A stretch of 64,000 nucleotides of DNA from Raja brachyura (taxonomy: Eukaryota): the NCBI GenBank assembly GCA_963514005.1, contig OY740783.1, forward strand, positions 53,506,001 through 53,570,000. The letters run 5' to 3'. This document shows, one piece after another, positions 62,981 through 64,000 of the stretch (positions within the stretch are counted from its first letter, which is position 1; each line of letters starts with the position of its first letter). The position numbers and the translations under genes are program-made. The notes beneath the pieces are model-generated. The model was not told where the DNA came from. It saw only the letters and a program-made list of their open reading frames with translations, and searched no databases.

Positions 62981-64000
62981 AAAGTGCAAATAAACAGATA
63001 ATGGGCTCTTAATGTTCAGAGTTTTGTTCGTGCCAAGTTTAATAGCCTGATGGCTGTGGGGAAGTAGCTATTCCTGAACCTGGTCATTGCAGTCTTCAGG
63101 CAGAGAATGCAGTTAGGAGGAAGAGATAGATCAGCCATGATTGAATGGCGGAGTAAACTTGATGGGCCAAATGGCCTAATTCTATTCCTATGATTTATGA
63201 TCCTATGACCTTTTGACATGCCTATAAGTGCTAATGTCCCTTCCTTAATGCTGCTCAGCAAAGAGTTGGGTGGGCAAACCAGGAACCATCCAATATCTGC
63301 TTTAGTGCTTGTTTCTTGAAGTACACCATTCTAACACACTTCCAAAAAATTTGCAAATCTTATGATTCCTTTGGGGTGGGATGAATCTGATTAGATGCTA
63401 GTGCATGATGTAGCCTCACATTGGTGCACGAATAATGTATGAAATCAAAAATCTTGCTTTCGACTGGAAAACTAATTTAGAGTTTGACTTGACTTCACCT
63501 TAGCAAATGGAACTGACCATCTTCCGGCTAGGGTAAGAGTTATGCATGACTAAGCTTTGCCACTACTGTCTTACTGTTGCTTATGGCCTGTGTCGAACTG
63601 AAAGATGCACATGTCCACTGGGGAAACTATTGTGGAATTCAGTGATTATGTTCACACTGACTGAATGAGTGAACAAACATGTATGTAGTGACTCACAACT
63701 TTCGATGTCCATAGTTTTTCAACTTACATGGAATACACGAGATGATTTTTAAAATTAGGCTAAGCAATCTATTTCCAAAAAAAAGACATATTTTTGAGAT
63801 AACAATGAAAATATACATTTTCAAGTATGAAATATCAGTATCGCCATCTGCAGAGGCAATCCGAGAATGATATCTTGCATATCCAATAATATAAAAAGAG
63901 GAACTGCAGATGCTGGTTTACTGTGTTCTCTAACTTGTGTTGAGCCAACTATAAATTGATATAAAAACACTCAAAGTGGTGGAGTAACTCAGCGGGTCAG

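Noticed and set aside
9521-64000. Exons of a neighbouring gene such as ASB7 (upstream of ALDH1A3 in human)
   Set aside because: No ankyrin, SOCS-box or other recognisable host peptide in the ORF track. Short exons could have been missed.

Overview
This is vertebrate genomic DNA, not prokaryotic. The repeat complement (V-core HE1-like tRNA SINEs, Deu-domain SINEs, abundant CR1 LINEs, Penelope-like elements) points to a cartilaginous fish, probably a skate or ray; this is inference. The only host gene I can support is the 5' end of a retinaldehyde dehydrogenase, most likely ALDH1A3, on the minus strand: exon 1 CDS 9092-9184, exon 2 7944-8048, and a CCAAT/TATA-like promoter near 9360-9395. Exon 3 was not found and probably lies left of position 1. 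The ~55 kb upstream appear intergenic and are mostly transposon-derived: nested CR1s, two GIY-YIG Penelope-like elements, L1-type and Rex/Babar 3' fragments, Harbinger-type and foldback MITEs, a collapsed Tc1 relic and a solo LTR. There is a 200-N assembly gap at 54176-54375. Most listed ORFs are TE fragments or spurious. The best candidates for novelty are: (1) a family of short Penelope-derived insertions carrying a minimal hammerhead ribozyme motif, often foldback, with 11-15 bp TSDs; (2) GC-rich SINE-like elements sharing one core but with different LINE-derived tails; (3) recurrent short inverted templated duplications; (4) candidate distal ALDH1A3 regulatory blocks. Repeat boundaries are approximate unless a TSD or TIR is quoted, and family names come from recall, not from a database search.
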